DNA from: Microbacteriaceae bacterium
Lineage (GTDB): Bacteria > Actinomycetota > Actinomycetes > Actinomycetales > Microbacteriaceae
Direction of reading: 5' to 3'
NCBI GenBank assembly: GCA_025463565.1
Contig: JAODAT010000001.1
Location: 9,490-73,489, forward strand
DNA: 64,000 bases
Below, piece by piece: positions 28,214 through 38,207 of the stretch (the first letter of the stretch is position 1; the number at the start of each line of letters is the position of its first letter). Position numbers and translations under genes: made by a program. The notes beneath the pieces are model-generated. The model saw only the letters and a list, made by a program, of their open reading frames with translations, did no database searches and was not told the DNA's origin.

Positions 28214-29041
28214 ATGAGCGCACCACTGCACGGCACAACGATCGTCATCACCGGTGCGAGTTCGGGCCTCGGCGCGGCCGCCGCGCGCGAGCTGGCATCC
28301 CGTGGCGCGACTATCGCGGTGGTCGGCCGCAACCCCGAACGCACGAAGCTCGTCGCCGAGCAGGTGGGCGGCACTCCCTTCCTCGCGGACTACGACGAAC
28401 TCGGCCAGGTGAGAGCGCTGGCAGCCGCACTGCTCGAGCGCTACGAGACCATCGACGTGCTTGCGAACAACGCCGGCGGGCTGGTCGCCAAGCGGGCCAC
28501 GACGGTCGACGGCCACGAGCGGACCTTCCAGCACAACCATCTCGCCCCGTTCCTGCTCACCAGCCTGCTGCTGCCGCGACTGCGCGCCGCGTCGGGCCGG
28601 GTGATCTCGACGGCGAGCGCGGCAAACCTCGGAGGACGGGTGCGCATCGATGACCTCGATCGCGCGCACCGTGCATACCTCGCCGGCTGGCCCGCATACG
28701 GCACCAGCAAGCTGGAGACGATCATGTTCATCGAGGAGCTCGCCCGCCGCGAACCCATGATCTCGGCCTATGCATTCCATCCCGGGTACGTGTCGACCAA
28801 TTTCGGCACGGAGCTCGCGGTGATCCGCTTCGCCAACTTCGTGAGCGGCAAGCGGCTGGGCATCAGTCCCGAGCAGGGCGGAGCGCCGCTCGTGCACCTC
28901 GCGTCTGCTCCCGAGGTCGGAGTTCCCAGCGGCACGTACTTCGACGGGCTGAAGCCCGGCGGCAGGACGGCGCCCCAGGCGAAGGATGCCGCGCTTGCGG
29001 CAGCCCTCTGGAACGCCAGCGAGAGCATGGTGACGCCCTGA
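28214..29041 (+). CDS. SDR oxidoreductase (paralog 1)
   Basis: TGASSGLG, NNAG, YGTSK, FHPG. Confidence 0.92.
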   Translation: MSAPLHGTTIVITGASSGLGAAAARELASRGATIAVVGRNPERTKLVAEQVGGTPFLADYDELGQVRALAAALLERYETIDVLANNAGGLVAKRATTVDGHERTFQHNHLAPFLLTSLLLPRLRAASGRVISTASAANLGGRVRIDDLDRAHRAYLAGWPAYGTSKLETIMFIEELARREPMISAYAFHPGYVSTNFGTELAVIRFANFVSGKRLGISPEQGGAPLVHLASAPEVGVPSGTYFDGLKPGGRTAPQAKDAALAAALWNASESMVTP

Positions 29042-29847
29042 GCACGATAGTCATCACCGGGTCGAGCTCGGGTATCGGCCGCGCCGCCGCGGTCGAGCTG
29101 GCCACTCGCGGTCACCGGCTGGCGATCGTCGGCCGAAATCCGGATCGCACCGCCGCCGTGGCGAAGGAGATCGGGGGCGACCCGTTCCTCGCCGATTTCG
29201 ACCGACTCGACGACGTGCGCGCACTGGCTGCGGCACTGCTCGATCGGTACGAGACCATCGACATCCTCGCGAACAATGCCGGCGGGCTGGTGCAGCGTCG
29301 CGAGTTCACCTCGGATGGCTTCGAGCGCACTCTCGAGGCGAACTACCTGTCGCCCTTCCTGCTCACCTCGTTGCTGCTGCCACGACTGCGCACCAGCTCG
29401 GGCATGGTCATCTCCACTGCAAGCAATTCGAACACCCTCGGACCGATCAACCTCGACGACCTGGATCGTCGTAAGCAGCCGTGGGCAGGTGGTTGGACCG
29501 CATACGGGGCGACGAAGCTCGAAACGATCCTGTTCATCCGCGAGCTGGCGCGGAGGGAACCCGGAATCACCGCATACTCGTTCCACCCCGGCTATGTGGC
29601 CAGCAACTTCGGCGCCGAGGTGGGAATCATGCGGTTCGCGCAGGTGATCAGCTTCGGGCACCTCGGTCTGACCAACGAGCAGGGTGCCGAACCGCTTGTG
29701 CGCCTCGCGACGGGCGAATTGACAGCGCCGAGTGGCACCTACTTCAGCCGGCTGCGTCCGAACGGGCGCCAGCACAGGTCGGCGTCGGATGAACATCTCG
29801 CGACCGCTCTCTGGGCGAAAACCGAAGAGCTGCTGAAGCTGGGTTGA
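29038..29847 (+). CDS. SDR oxidoreductase (paralog 2), probable CTG start
   Basis: TIVITGSSSGIG lies upstream of the first canonical start (29158); CTG overlaps the upstream TGA; YGATK. Confidence 0.8.
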   Translation: MSTIVITGSSSGIGRAAAVELATRGHRLAIVGRNPDRTAAVAKEIGGDPFLADFDRLDDVRALAAALLDRYETIDILANNAGGLVQRREFTSDGFERTLEANYLSPFLLTSLLLPRLRTSSGMVISTASNSNTLGPINLDDLDRRKQPWAGGWTAYGATKLETILFIRELARREPGITAYSFHPGYVASNFGAEVGIMRFAQVISFGHLGLTNEQGAEPLVRLATGELTAPSGTYFSRLRPNGRQHRSASDEHLATALWAKTEELLKLG

Positions 29848-29850
29848 CGG

Positions 29851-31266
29851 TCACCACTGTGGTGGGTGCCGACGCTGCCACTGCAGGCGGCGCTCGAGCT
29901 GCGCCCCGATGGCCAGCAGCGTCGCCTCGCCGCCCGGGCGCCCCACCAGCTGCACTCCCATCGGGATTCCGTCGGCCGTCTGCAACACGGGCAGCGTGAT
30001 CGCCGGCAGGCCCGTGACGTTCGCGAACGAGGTGAAGGGCGTGTATTGGCATTGCTGCTCGAAATTGCGTTCGGCATCCTCGGCGTCGTACCAGCCGAGC
30101 GGACGCGGCTCCAGCGCGAGAGCGGGTGTGAGCACGGCGTCGAAGCGCGAGAACTGGCGGATGACCGAACGCTCGTAGTCGGCGAGCGCGCCGAGCGAGC
30201 GCACCAGTTGCCGCGCGGAGATCTCGCGACCGCGCAGCACCAGCCACTTCGTCAGCGGCTCCAGCAGGTCGAGTCGCTCGCCCTCCGCGGGGATCCCGGC
30301 CGCGCCGGCCTGCCAGATGACCTTGAAGTTCGGCGCATAGCTGTCGTCGGGCTCAAGGCCGAACTCCTCCACTCCGTGACCGAGGGCATCGAGTTCGCTG
30401 ACGGCGAGGGCGAGAGCCTCTGCCGCTGACGGATCGAGCCGGACGTCGTACTCGCCGTCCCAGGGAGACGTGGTCATGACCCCGAGCTGGAACCGGCCCT
30501 CACCCCGAACGGCCGCGTTCAGCAGCGCTCCCCCGTCCCAGCGCGGCGCGCGCACAGTGAACGGGTAGTCGCCACCGTCGACCATCGCGTCGAGCAGCAT
30601 CGCCGCATCGGCGACGGTGCGCGCGAGCGGCCCTGGCACGACGAGGCCGGCGAGCTTGTCGAGTCCGGTGCCGGACGGAACGAGGCCGCGAGAGGGCTTG
30701 ATGCCGACCAGCCCGCAGGCGGCTGCGGGGATCCGCACCGAACCACCCCCATCGGAGCCGGGCGCGAAGGGTAGGAGACCGGCGGCGACGGCGACCGCAG
30801 CGCCGCCACTCGAGCCCCCGGCACCGAGTGCGGTGTTCCACGGATTGCGGGCCGGCGGCGCGACCAGGCTCTCGGTGTACGCCGGCAGCCCGAATTCGGG
30901 CGCGTTCGTCTTACCGAGGCTCACGCCGCCCGCGTCGTCGAGCACCGTCACCAGGTCGTCTGACTTCTCGGGCACGAAACCGGACATCAGGCGTGACCCG
31001 AAGCCCGTGGGGACCCCCGCGCGGTTCACCAGGTCTTTGTCGGCGAACGGGATCCCCCAGAGCGCGGCCGCCCTGGGCACGCTCTGGTCGAGCGCCGCGG
31101 CCCGCTCGAGCGCCGCCTGAGCCGTCACGGTCGTGAATGCGCCAAGGGCAGGATCCAGCCGAGCGATCCGCTCCAGGTAGTGGCCGGCGAGTTCGGCGGA
31201 GCTCACCTCGCCCCTGCGCAGCCAATCGCCCTGTTCCTGTGCGCTGAGGTGATGGAGTTCGAACAC
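29851..31266 (-). CDS. Amidase (amidase-signature family)
   Basis: KD, GKTN.PEF, GGSSGG, GSDGGGSVRIPA. Confidence 0.93.
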   Translation of the reverse strand: MFELHHLSAQEQGDWLRRGEVSSAELAGHYLERIARLDPALGAFTTVTAQAALERAAALDQSVPRAAALWGIPFADKDLVNRAGVPTGFGSRLMSGFVPEKSDDLVTVLDDAGGVSLGKTNAPEFGLPAYTESLVAPPARNPWNTALGAGGSSGGAAVAVAAGLLPFAPGSDGGGSVRIPAAACGLVGIKPSRGLVPSGTGLDKLAGLVVPGPLARTVADAAMLLDAMVDGGDYPFTVRAPRWDGGALLNAAVRGEGRFQLGVMTTSPWDGEYDVRLDPSAAEALALAVSELDALGHGVEEFGLEPDDSYAPNFKVIWQAGAAGIPAEGERLDLLEPLTKWLVLRGREISARQLVRSLGALADYERSVIRQFSRFDAVLTPALALEPRPLGWYDAEDAERNFEQQCQYTPFTSFANVTGLPAITLPVLQTADGIPMGVQLVGRPGGEATLLAIGAQLERRLQWQRRHPPQW

Positions 31267-31305
31267 GATTCGAGCCTAGGTCTTGACACGCGTGGTGAAA
31301 GCTGG

Positions 31306-31333
31306 TTGGTTAGTTGGTGAAGTAACTAACCAA
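31306..31333. promoter_or_regulatory. Inverted-repeat operator upstream of the GntR/ABC operon
   Basis: TTGGTTAGTT-N8-AACTAACCAA perfect arms; TTGACA at 31283-31288. Confidence 0.7.
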
Positions 31334-31364
31334 GCAACTAAGACCGGGGAACACGAGGTAGCGA

Positions 31365-31721
31365 ATGGACGAGGATCGTCCGCTGTTCGCCCAGATCGCC
31401 GAACAGATCGAGAACGACATCATCGACGGCACTCTCGCCGAAGACTCACAGGTGCCGTCGACTAACGAGTTCGCCGCCTTCCACCGAATCAACCCCGCCA
31501 CGGCGGCCAAGGGAGTCAACGTGCTCGTCGATGATGGCGTGCTCTACAAGCGCCGCGGGATCGGCATGTTCGTCTCACCCGGTGCCCGCGCCACACTCGT
31601 CGCCCGCCGGCGGGAACGGTTCGAGAACGAATACCTCAAGCCCATCATCGCGGAGGCCGCAAAGCTCGGCATTTCGCGGAGCGAACTCAGCACCATGATC
31701 GAAACGGAGACAGCCCAATGA
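31365..31721 (+). CDS. YtrA-like GntR regulator
   Basis: PLFAQIA, PSTNE, INPATAAK, KRRGIGMFV; short C-terminus. Confidence 0.92.
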   Translation: MDEDRPLFAQIAEQIENDIIDGTLAEDSQVPSTNEFAAFHRINPATAAKGVNVLVDDGVLYKRRGIGMFVSPGARATLVARRRERFENEYLKPIIAEAAKLGISRSELSTMIETETAQ

Positions 31722-32608
31722 CAGCAGTCATCGAGGTCGAGCACCTCACCAAGCGCTTCGGCCGGTTCACGGCCATCGACGACCTGAGCTTCAGCGTGCA
31801 GGAGCACGGCATCTACGGCCTTCTCGGCCGCAACGGCGCCGGCAAGACCACGCTGATGCAACTGCTCACCGGCCAGCAGTTCGCGACGAGCGGCGACATC
31901 CGGCTGTTCGGTGAGCGACCGGTCGAGAACAGCTCCGTGCTCGACCGGGTCTGTTCCATCAAGGAAAGCCAGCGCTACCCCGACGAATACCAGGCGCACC
32001 ACGTGCTCACCAGTGCGCCGTGGTTCTTCCCGCGCTGGGACGCCGCCCTGGCCGGCCAACTCGTCGCCGACTTCCGCCTGCCGGTCAAGCGCCGCATCAA
32101 GAAGCTGTCTCGCGGCCAGGTCTCCGCGCTCGGCGTGATCGTCGGGCTCGCGTCTCGCGCACCACTCACCTTCTTCGACGAGCCGTACCTCGGGCTGGAT
32201 GCCGTGGCCCGGCAGATCTTCTACGATCGCCTGCTCGCGGACTACGCCGAGCACCCGCGAACCGTTCTCCTCTCGACCCACCTCATCGACGAGGTCAGCA
32301 ACCTACTGGAACACGTGATCGTGATCGACGACGGGAAGATCGTGATCGACGCTGAAGCCGACGCGCTGCGCGGCTCAGCGACCACAGTCTCCGGTCGCAC
32401 CGCCGCTGTCGAGTCGTTCTCAGCCGGCCGGAACGTCCTGCACAGCGAGAACGTCGGCGGGCTCAGCTCGGCCGTGATCTCGGGACTGGGGCCGGATGAC
32501 CGTGCCACCGCTATCGGGGAAGGACTCGACCTCTCCCCCGTCTCGCTTCAGCAGCTCGTCGTTGCCACCACCACGTCGCGCGCGACCGAATGGAAGGAAT
32601 CGGCATGA
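31718..32608 (+). CDS. ABC transporter ATP-binding protein
   Basis: GRNGAGKTT, LSRGQ, FFDEP, STH. Confidence 0.93.
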   Translation: MTAVIEVEHLTKRFGRFTAIDDLSFSVQEHGIYGLLGRNGAGKTTLMQLLTGQQFATSGDIRLFGERPVENSSVLDRVCSIKESQRYPDEYQAHHVLTSAPWFFPRWDAALAGQLVADFRLPVKRRIKKLSRGQVSALGVIVGLASRAPLTFFDEPYLGLDAVARQIFYDRLLADYAEHPRTVLLSTHLIDEVSNLLEHVIVIDDGKIVIDAEADALRGSATTVSGRTAAVESFSAGRNVLHSENVGGLSSAVISGLGPDDRATAIGEGLDLSPVSLQQLVVATTTSRATEWKESA

Positions 32609-33336
32609 CCACGCACGTCTGGCGCATCGTCAAACTCCACTTCGTGAACAAGTGGACCGTTCTCGGCATCCCGTGGCTGGTGATGACGTTCATCTTCCTC
32701 GTGAACCTCACCATCTGGGGGGTCATCTATGCCACCACCACCGGCCAGAGTCGCACGGATGCCGAACAGGGCCTGGGCTACACCGGCGCGAGCTTCTACA
32801 TCTTCGTCTACATGCTGATCGTGGCCCTGCAGGCCATCAACAACACCTTCCCGTACGCTCTCGGACTCGGCGTGACGCGACGTGAGTTCTCGTTCGGCAC
32901 CGGAATCGCGTTCGCCCTGCTTGCGGTGGGCTACGGCGCGGCGCTCACGATCCTCAGCTTCATCGAGCAGTGGACCAACGGCTGGGGGCTCGGCGGCCAC
33001 ATGTTCACTGCCATCTATTTCAGCGACGGCCCCTGGTACGCGCGACTGTTCGTGTTCGCCGGCGCCATGCTGTTCTTCTTCTTCATCGGATCCGTCGCGG
33101 CGAGCGTGTACGTGCGCTGGCGCTCGAACGGCCTCCTCGTGCTCGGCGCCACCATCGCCGTCATCGCGCTCGGCCTGGTCGTGCTTGCCACGCTGACTTC
33201 CTCGTGGGCCGCCATCGGCCGCTCATTCCTCGCCGCCGGGTCGATCGGGATCGTCGGCTGGATGCTCGTCGCGGCCGTGATCGCCGCCATCGCCGGGTAC
33301 TTCGTGCTCGAACGGGCAACCCCGCGCAACGCCTGA
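32605..33336 (+). CDS. ABC-2-type permease
   Basis: About 6 TM helices; FPYALGLGVTRREF; ATGA coupling to the ATPase gene. Confidence 0.85.
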   Translation: MTTHVWRIVKLHFVNKWTVLGIPWLVMTFIFLVNLTIWGVIYATTTGQSRTDAEQGLGYTGASFYIFVYMLIVALQAINNTFPYALGLGVTRREFSFGTGIAFALLAVGYGAALTILSFIEQWTNGWGLGGHMFTAIYFSDGPWYARLFVFAGAMLFFFFIGSVAASVYVRWRSNGLLVLGATIAVIALGLVVLATLTSSWAAIGRSFLAAGSIGIVGWMLVAAVIAAIAGYFVLERATPRNA

Positions 33337-33371
33337 TCGGGCCCGGCAGGAGCGTCGGCTAGAGTCGTTTG

Positions 33372-34610
33372 GTGCCCAGAACCGCTCCCGCCCCGCTTAT
33401 TCGGCACGGCCGCCTTCACCACGCACCGGCCTGGGCAACCGTGCTCAGAATCATCGGTGTCGCCATCGCAGTGATCGCTGTGAGCGCCGTGTCGGTCGGC
33501 GGAATCGCGGTGTGGGACCTTGCCCGCAACATCAAGCCCGGCGTTCACCTCATCGGCGAGACGCAGGGTCCGCCCCCGGCGATCGGCGATTACGAGGGCG
33601 GATTCAACGTATTGGTGGCCGCGAGCGACAGCGGTGGCGGCGACATCCAGGCCTACGGCAAGCGGGGCGAGCACCTCAACGATGTCACCATGCTCATTCA
33701 CGTCTCGGGTAACCACCAGTACGCCACCGTCATCAGCTTCCCGCGTGACCTGCAGGTGCAGATCGCATCGTGCCCGAACGGCAACGGCGGAAACTATCCG
33801 TCACAGACCAACAAAATCAATGTCGCCCTCACCTACGGCGGACTGCCGTGCATCGTGAAGACGGTCGAGAACCTCACCGGGCTCGATATCCCCTATGCCG
33901 CGCTCACCGAGTTCAACGGGGTGGCCAACATGTCCACGGCCGTTGGCGGGGTGACCGTCTGTGTGGCGACGGCGATTCACGACGAGCAGATCCCCTTCGA
34001 TCTCGGTGCCGGGGAACAGACGCTCGTCGGCGAGAGCGCGGTGCAGTTCCTCCGCGTACGGTACGGGCTGGGCGATGGCAGCGATCTCGGCCGCGTCAGC
34101 AACCAGCAGCTATTCCTTTCGGCACTGGTGCGCAAGATCAAGACGCCGCAGGTGCTCGGCAACCCCGTGACGGTTTACCAGCTGGCACAGGCGGTCACCA
34201 GCAACATGACCCTCTCCGACAGCCTGACGAATCTCAACACCCTCGTGTCGATGGCTGCGGCGGTCAAGAACATCGACTTCGGCAATGTCGTGTTCGTGCA
34301 GTACCCGAACGGAAGCAGCGCCAAGGGACCCGTTCCGCTCGTCGGGCCTGCGCAGACCTTGATCGACGCGATCAAGGCGGACCAGCCCATCCAGCTCACC
34401 GGCAAGACCAGCGGTGTCGGCGGAACGGTGCTCGACACCTCCGCGCCCGTCATCACCGGCAATGGCTCGACGGCCACGCCGACCCCCGGTTCGAGCGCCG
34501 CTGCGCCCGACACCGCAGCGAGCAGTGCGACGGCGGTCGCCCTGCCGAGTGACGTCTACGGGCAGACAGCCGCGCAGACCACCTGCACGAAGGGCCAGAC
34601 CGCCGGATAG
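33372..34610 (+). CDS. LCP (LytR-CpsA-Psr) family protein
   Basis: TM anchor, NDVTMLIH, ISFPRD, KIN.A, FLRVR, SDLGRVSNQQ. Confidence 0.92.
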   Translation: MPRTAPAPLIRHGRLHHAPAWATVLRIIGVAIAVIAVSAVSVGGIAVWDLARNIKPGVHLIGETQGPPPAIGDYEGGFNVLVAASDSGGGDIQAYGKRGEHLNDVTMLIHVSGNHQYATVISFPRDLQVQIASCPNGNGGNYPSQTNKINVALTYGGLPCIVKTVENLTGLDIPYAALTEFNGVANMSTAVGGVTVCVATAIHDEQIPFDLGAGEQTLVGESAVQFLRVRYGLGDGSDLGRVSNQQLFLSALVRKIKTPQVLGNPVTVYQLAQAVTSNMTLSDSLTNLNTLVSMAAAVKNIDFGNVVFVQYPNGSSAKGPVPLVGPAQTLIDAIKADQPIQLTGKTSGVGGTVLDTSAPVITGNGSTATPTPGSSAAAPDTAASSATAVALPSDVYGQTAAQTTCTKGQTAG

Positions 34611-34619
34611 CGCGGCTCG

Positions 34620-34982
34620 CTACTCGAGATCGAGCCGCAATTCCTTCATCAGGCGCTCGAAGTCCTGCGGGGCGTCGTCGATCACCTTTCGCGCCGCACT
34701 GCCGCTCATCCGCCGCTGCTGGGCGATGTTGAGAATGCTGTGCTCGACGTTCGAGCCGTACTCATCGGGCACGACCCGGTACTCGCCGCGGTACCACCAG
34801 CCGCCCTGGGCGATGACGAGGAACGCCGCCGGGTCGGCTGTGTACAGGCTGCGGGAGCGCTCGTCGGGCCGGAATCGCCGGTCGAGGGCCTCGAACACCG
34901 CCTTCGGCCGCGCCTTCACATGACCCGAGAACGAGTGCAGCACGACGGCATCTTCCGGGCGTCGTCGGGGCGCTTCAGGCAT
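34620..34982 (-). CDS. Hypothetical protein
   Basis: Fills the intergenic gap; QGGWWYRGEY motif; typical codon bias. Confidence 0.65.
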   Translation of the reverse strand: MPEAPRRRPEDAVVLHSFSGHVKARPKAVFEALDRRFRPDERSRSLYTADPAAFLVIAQGGWWYRGEYRVVPDEYGSNVEHSILNIAQQRRMSGSAARKVIDDAPQDFERLMKELRLDLE

Positions 34983-35014
34983 GCTTCGACTGTAGCGCCG
35001 GTAGCCTTTCGAGC

Positions 35015-35830
35015 ATGACCTTCGATCCCATGGGAACCACCGCCGTCGTCACCGGTGCATCGAGCGGATTCGGGCTCGAATTCGCTCACCGACTCGCCGA
35101 GCGCGGCGCCGACCTCGTGCTCGTCGCGCGTCGCGCCGATCGACTGGAGGCCCTCGCGAAGGAGCTCTCCCAGCGTTACGGCACGGTCTGCACGGTCGTG
35201 CCGCTCGACCTCTCGGTGCCCGATGCCGCCACGAGCCTGGCGGCGACACTCGCCAGGAAGAAGATCTCAGTGGCGACCCTGATCAACAACGCCGGCTTCG
35301 GCACTCACGGCTTCGTCTCCGATGGCGATGCGGCACGGCTCGACGCCGAGGTGGCGGTGAATGTCGCAGCCATCGTCTCGCTCACCCGGGCGTTCCTGCC
35401 CGGAATGATCGCCGCCGCCAACGGCGCGCTCGTGAACGTGGCCTCGACCGCTGCCTTCCAGCCGATTCCGCGGATGGCCGTCTATGGCGCAACAAAGGCC
35501 TTCGTGCTGAGCTTCACGCAGGCCCTGTGGTGGGAGGCAAAAGGCACGGGAGTGAAGGTGATCGCCCTGTGCCCGGGACCGGCAGCGACCGAGTTCGAAG
35601 ACGTCGCGAAGAATGGCGACGCGATGTTTGGCAGGGTAGAGACCGCGGAGGAGGTGGTGGCGGCCGCGTTCCGCGCCCTCGACCGCAGGGACCCCTCGCC
35701 GGTCGTCATCACCCGCGCCGCCAACGCGCTGAACGCGAAAATGGAGGGCTTCGTGCCGCGACGAACACTCGTCAACATGGTCGCCCGGCTTGGCTCCCCG
35801 AAGAAAGGCGCCCCCAGGGGCACGAAGTGA
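35015..35830 (+). CDS. SDR oxidoreductase
   Basis: TGASSGFG, NNAG, YGATK, LCPG. Confidence 0.92.
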   Translation: MTFDPMGTTAVVTGASSGFGLEFAHRLAERGADLVLVARRADRLEALAKELSQRYGTVCTVVPLDLSVPDAATSLAATLARKKISVATLINNAGFGTHGFVSDGDAARLDAEVAVNVAAIVSLTRAFLPGMIAAANGALVNVASTAAFQPIPRMAVYGATKAFVLSFTQALWWEAKGTGVKVIALCPGPAATEFEDVAKNGDAMFGRVETAEEVVAAAFRALDRRDPSPVVITRAANALNAKMEGFVPRRTLVNMVARLGSPKKGAPRGTK

Positions 35831-36171
35831 TACTCGGCTATCTCTTCCTCGCCGGGGCGATCGTCACCGAGGTCGTCGCCACCACCGCACTCAAGTTCGC
35901 CACAGGTGACGGCAACAAGGTGGTGCCGTACATCATTGTCGCCGTCGGCTACATCGCGGCGTTCGTGCTGCTCTCGCAATCGCTGCAGAAGGGGGTGCCG
36001 CTCGGTATCGCTTACGCGATCTGGGCGGGTGTCGGCGTGGTTCTCGTCGTAGTGATCAGCTGGCTCATGTTCAAGGAATCACTCAGCTGGGTGCAGGTAA
36101 TCGGCATGGTTCTCGTGATCGGCGGGGTGGCGCTTCTGGAGCTCGGCGCTGCCAACCAGCATCAGCAGTAG
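35827..36171 (+). CDS. SMR/DMT small multidrug transporter
   Basis: AIVTEVVATTALK (conserved Glu), PLGIAYAIWAG.G, 4 TM helices; GTGA overlap. Confidence 0.9.
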   Translation: MILGYLFLAGAIVTEVVATTALKFATGDGNKVVPYIIVAVGYIAAFVLLSQSLQKGVPLGIAYAIWAGVGVVLVVVISWLMFKESLSWVQVIGMVLVIGGVALLELGAANQHQQ

Positions 36172-36753
36172 TTATTTCTTCAGCGACTTCTGCAGCATCA
36201 CGGTGCCCAGCCAGCGGTCGAATTTGAACCCGACCTTGCCCATTCGCCCCACCTCTTTGAAGCCGAAGTTCTTGTGCATCTGGATCGACGCATCCGCTCC
36301 CTGGTCGGCGATCACGGCGATTATTTCCCGGAGGCCGGCCTCTTTGGCCGCGTCGATGAGTGCGGACATCAGCACCTTGCCGAGCCCCTTGCCGGTCGAA
36401 GCCGGGCCGAGGTAGATCGAGTCCTCCACCGTGAACCGGTATGCAGCGCGCTGCTTCCACGGATAGACGTAGGCGAAGCCGAGCATGTTGCCGTTCGGGC
36501 TGACCGCGACCAGCATGGGCATTTTCGCCTTCTCGACCTGCGCGAACTTGGTGCGCCATGCCTTCAGCGTCATCGGCTTCTCGTCGAAGGTCACGGTCGA
36601 ATTCTTGACGTAGTGGTTATAGATCTCGCGGATGTCGGGCAGGTCTTCCGAGACGGCCGCCCTGATCGTGTAGTCGAACGGCACCTGGAGGGGTGGCAGG
36701 TTGCGCTGCGCCTCCGTGGGGCGATGGGTCGCCTGGTATTCCTCCTCGAGCAT
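36172..36753 (-). CDS. GNAT acetyltransferase (YncA/Pat-like)
   Basis: IYNHYV.NSTVTF, AYRFTVE.SIY, GKGLG, GFKFDRWL. Confidence 0.9.
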   Translation of the reverse strand: MLEEEYQATHRPTEAQRNLPPLQVPFDYTIRAAVSEDLPDIREIYNHYVKNSTVTFDEKPMTLKAWRTKFAQVEKAKMPMLVAVSPNGNMLGFAYVYPWKQRAAYRFTVEDSIYLGPASTGKGLGKVLMSALIDAAKEAGLREIIAVIADQGADASIQMHKNFGFKEVGRMGKVGFKFDRWLGTVMLQKSLKK

Positions 36754-36779
36754 GTCTGGAGCTTACGCAGTTAACCGGC

Positions 36780-38207
36780 TCATTCGCCGACGGTACTCAC
36801 CTCGCGCACCGGCACGGAGCGATCCTGCGTGAGGAAGAACGACAGCAGCCCGGCAACCACAGCGATGGCGATGAGGATCACGCCGACGAAATGGAAGTCA
36901 TCGATGGTCGCCGCAAGCGTTGCTCCGCCCGCCACCAGCGAACCGAGGATGCTCACGCCGATCGAGCCACCGAGTCGCTGGGTGATGTTGAACAGGGTGT
37001 TGCCGTCGGCGAGTTGGTCCTCGGGCAGGGGCGCCAGCATCGCCACGAGGAGCGGTGCGGTCACCAGCCCGATGGCGATGGCCCGGCCGGAGAGGATGAG
37101 CGCCGTCACCCAGAGCGGGGTGTCCTGCTCGAGGAAAAGCAGGAACACGCTCGATGCAGCGAGAATGGCGAAGCCCGAGACCACGAGCACCTTGAGCGGC
37201 ACACGCACCGACAGCTTCTGCCCGAAGTAGGTGGCGACACCCATCACGATGCCCTGCGGAAGAAGCGCGATGCCCGTGGCGAAGGCGCTGTGGCCCTGCA
37301 CCGACTGGGTGAAGACCGGCAACAGGAACACCGTGCCGAACGCGACGACGGAGCAGAGTACCTGGAGCACGAGCGCGATGGCCGAGTTGCGATGACGCAT
37401 CATGCCGACGTCGACGGCGGGGTTCGGGCGGCGCAGCGCCCAGAAGGTGTACCCGATGAGCAGCAGCAGTCCTCCGGCGAGCGGCGCCCAGCAGGACGCG
37501 CTGTCCCACCCCTCCGTCGTGCCCTGGGTGGCGCCGAACAGGGCGCCGGTAAGTCCGACGGCCAGCAGCGCGAACCCGAACGGGTCGAATCTCGCCAGCT
37601 TCGATCCGAGAGCGCCGATGTGGCGGGGAACGCGCAGCAACAGAAGCAGTCCGATGATGCCGACGGGCACGTTGACGAGGAAGATCCAGCGCCAGCCGCC
37701 GGCGCCGATCAGCAGGCCGCCCAGGGTCGGGCCGAGGGCCGGAGCGAGGAACAGGGTCAGTGCGGCGGAGATGGGCACTTTGCCGCCACCGATGCCGTCC
37801 TTGCCGAGCAGGATGCTGAGCGCCAGCGGCACCAGCGGCGCTCCAACGAAGCCCTGCACCGCGCGGAACCCGATGAGGGCGCCGATCGTGGGCGCGATGG
37901 CGCAGGCCGCCGAGGCGAGAACGAACAGCACCATGCTCACCGTGTACACCCGCAGCACGCCGAAACGTTTGGCCAGATAGGCGGTGAGGGCGAGCGAGAC
38001 GCCGAGTGCGAGGAGATAGCCGCTCACGACCCATTGCACCTGGTCGAGCGTCGAGTGGGTGAATTCCTTGACGATGTCGGGCACCGCGACGTTCACGATG
38101 CTCGAGTCGATCATGCTGAGCAGCGGGCCGATCAGGAGTCCGTAGCGTGCGACGGCTCCCAGCGGGGTCGATGTGCCCGCGGCCGGGCTAGCGGTTGCCT
38201 GGGACAT
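36780..38207 (-). CDS. DHA2 MFS efflux transporter
   Basis: IDSSIVNVAVP, WRWIFLVNVPVG, about 14 TM helices. Confidence 0.9.
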   Translation of the reverse strand: MSQATASPAAGTSTPLGAVARYGLLIGPLLSMIDSSIVNVAVPDIVKEFTHSTLDQVQWVVSGYLLALGVSLALTAYLAKRFGVLRVYTVSMVLFVLASAACAIAPTIGALIGFRAVQGFVGAPLVPLALSILLGKDGIGGGKVPISAALTLFLAPALGPTLGGLLIGAGGWRWIFLVNVPVGIIGLLLLLRVPRHIGALGSKLARFDPFGFALLAVGLTGALFGATQGTTEGWDSASCWAPLAGGLLLLIGYTFWALRRPNPAVDVGMMRHRNSAIALVLQVLCSVVAFGTVFLLPVFTQSVQGHSAFATGIALLPQGIVMGVATYFGQKLSVRVPLKVLVVSGFAILAASSVFLLFLEQDTPLWVTALILSGRAIAIGLVTAPLLVAMLAPLPEDQLADGNTLFNITQRLGGSIGVSILGSLVAGGATLAATIDDFHFVGVILIAIAVVAGLLSFFLTQDRSVPVREVSTVGE

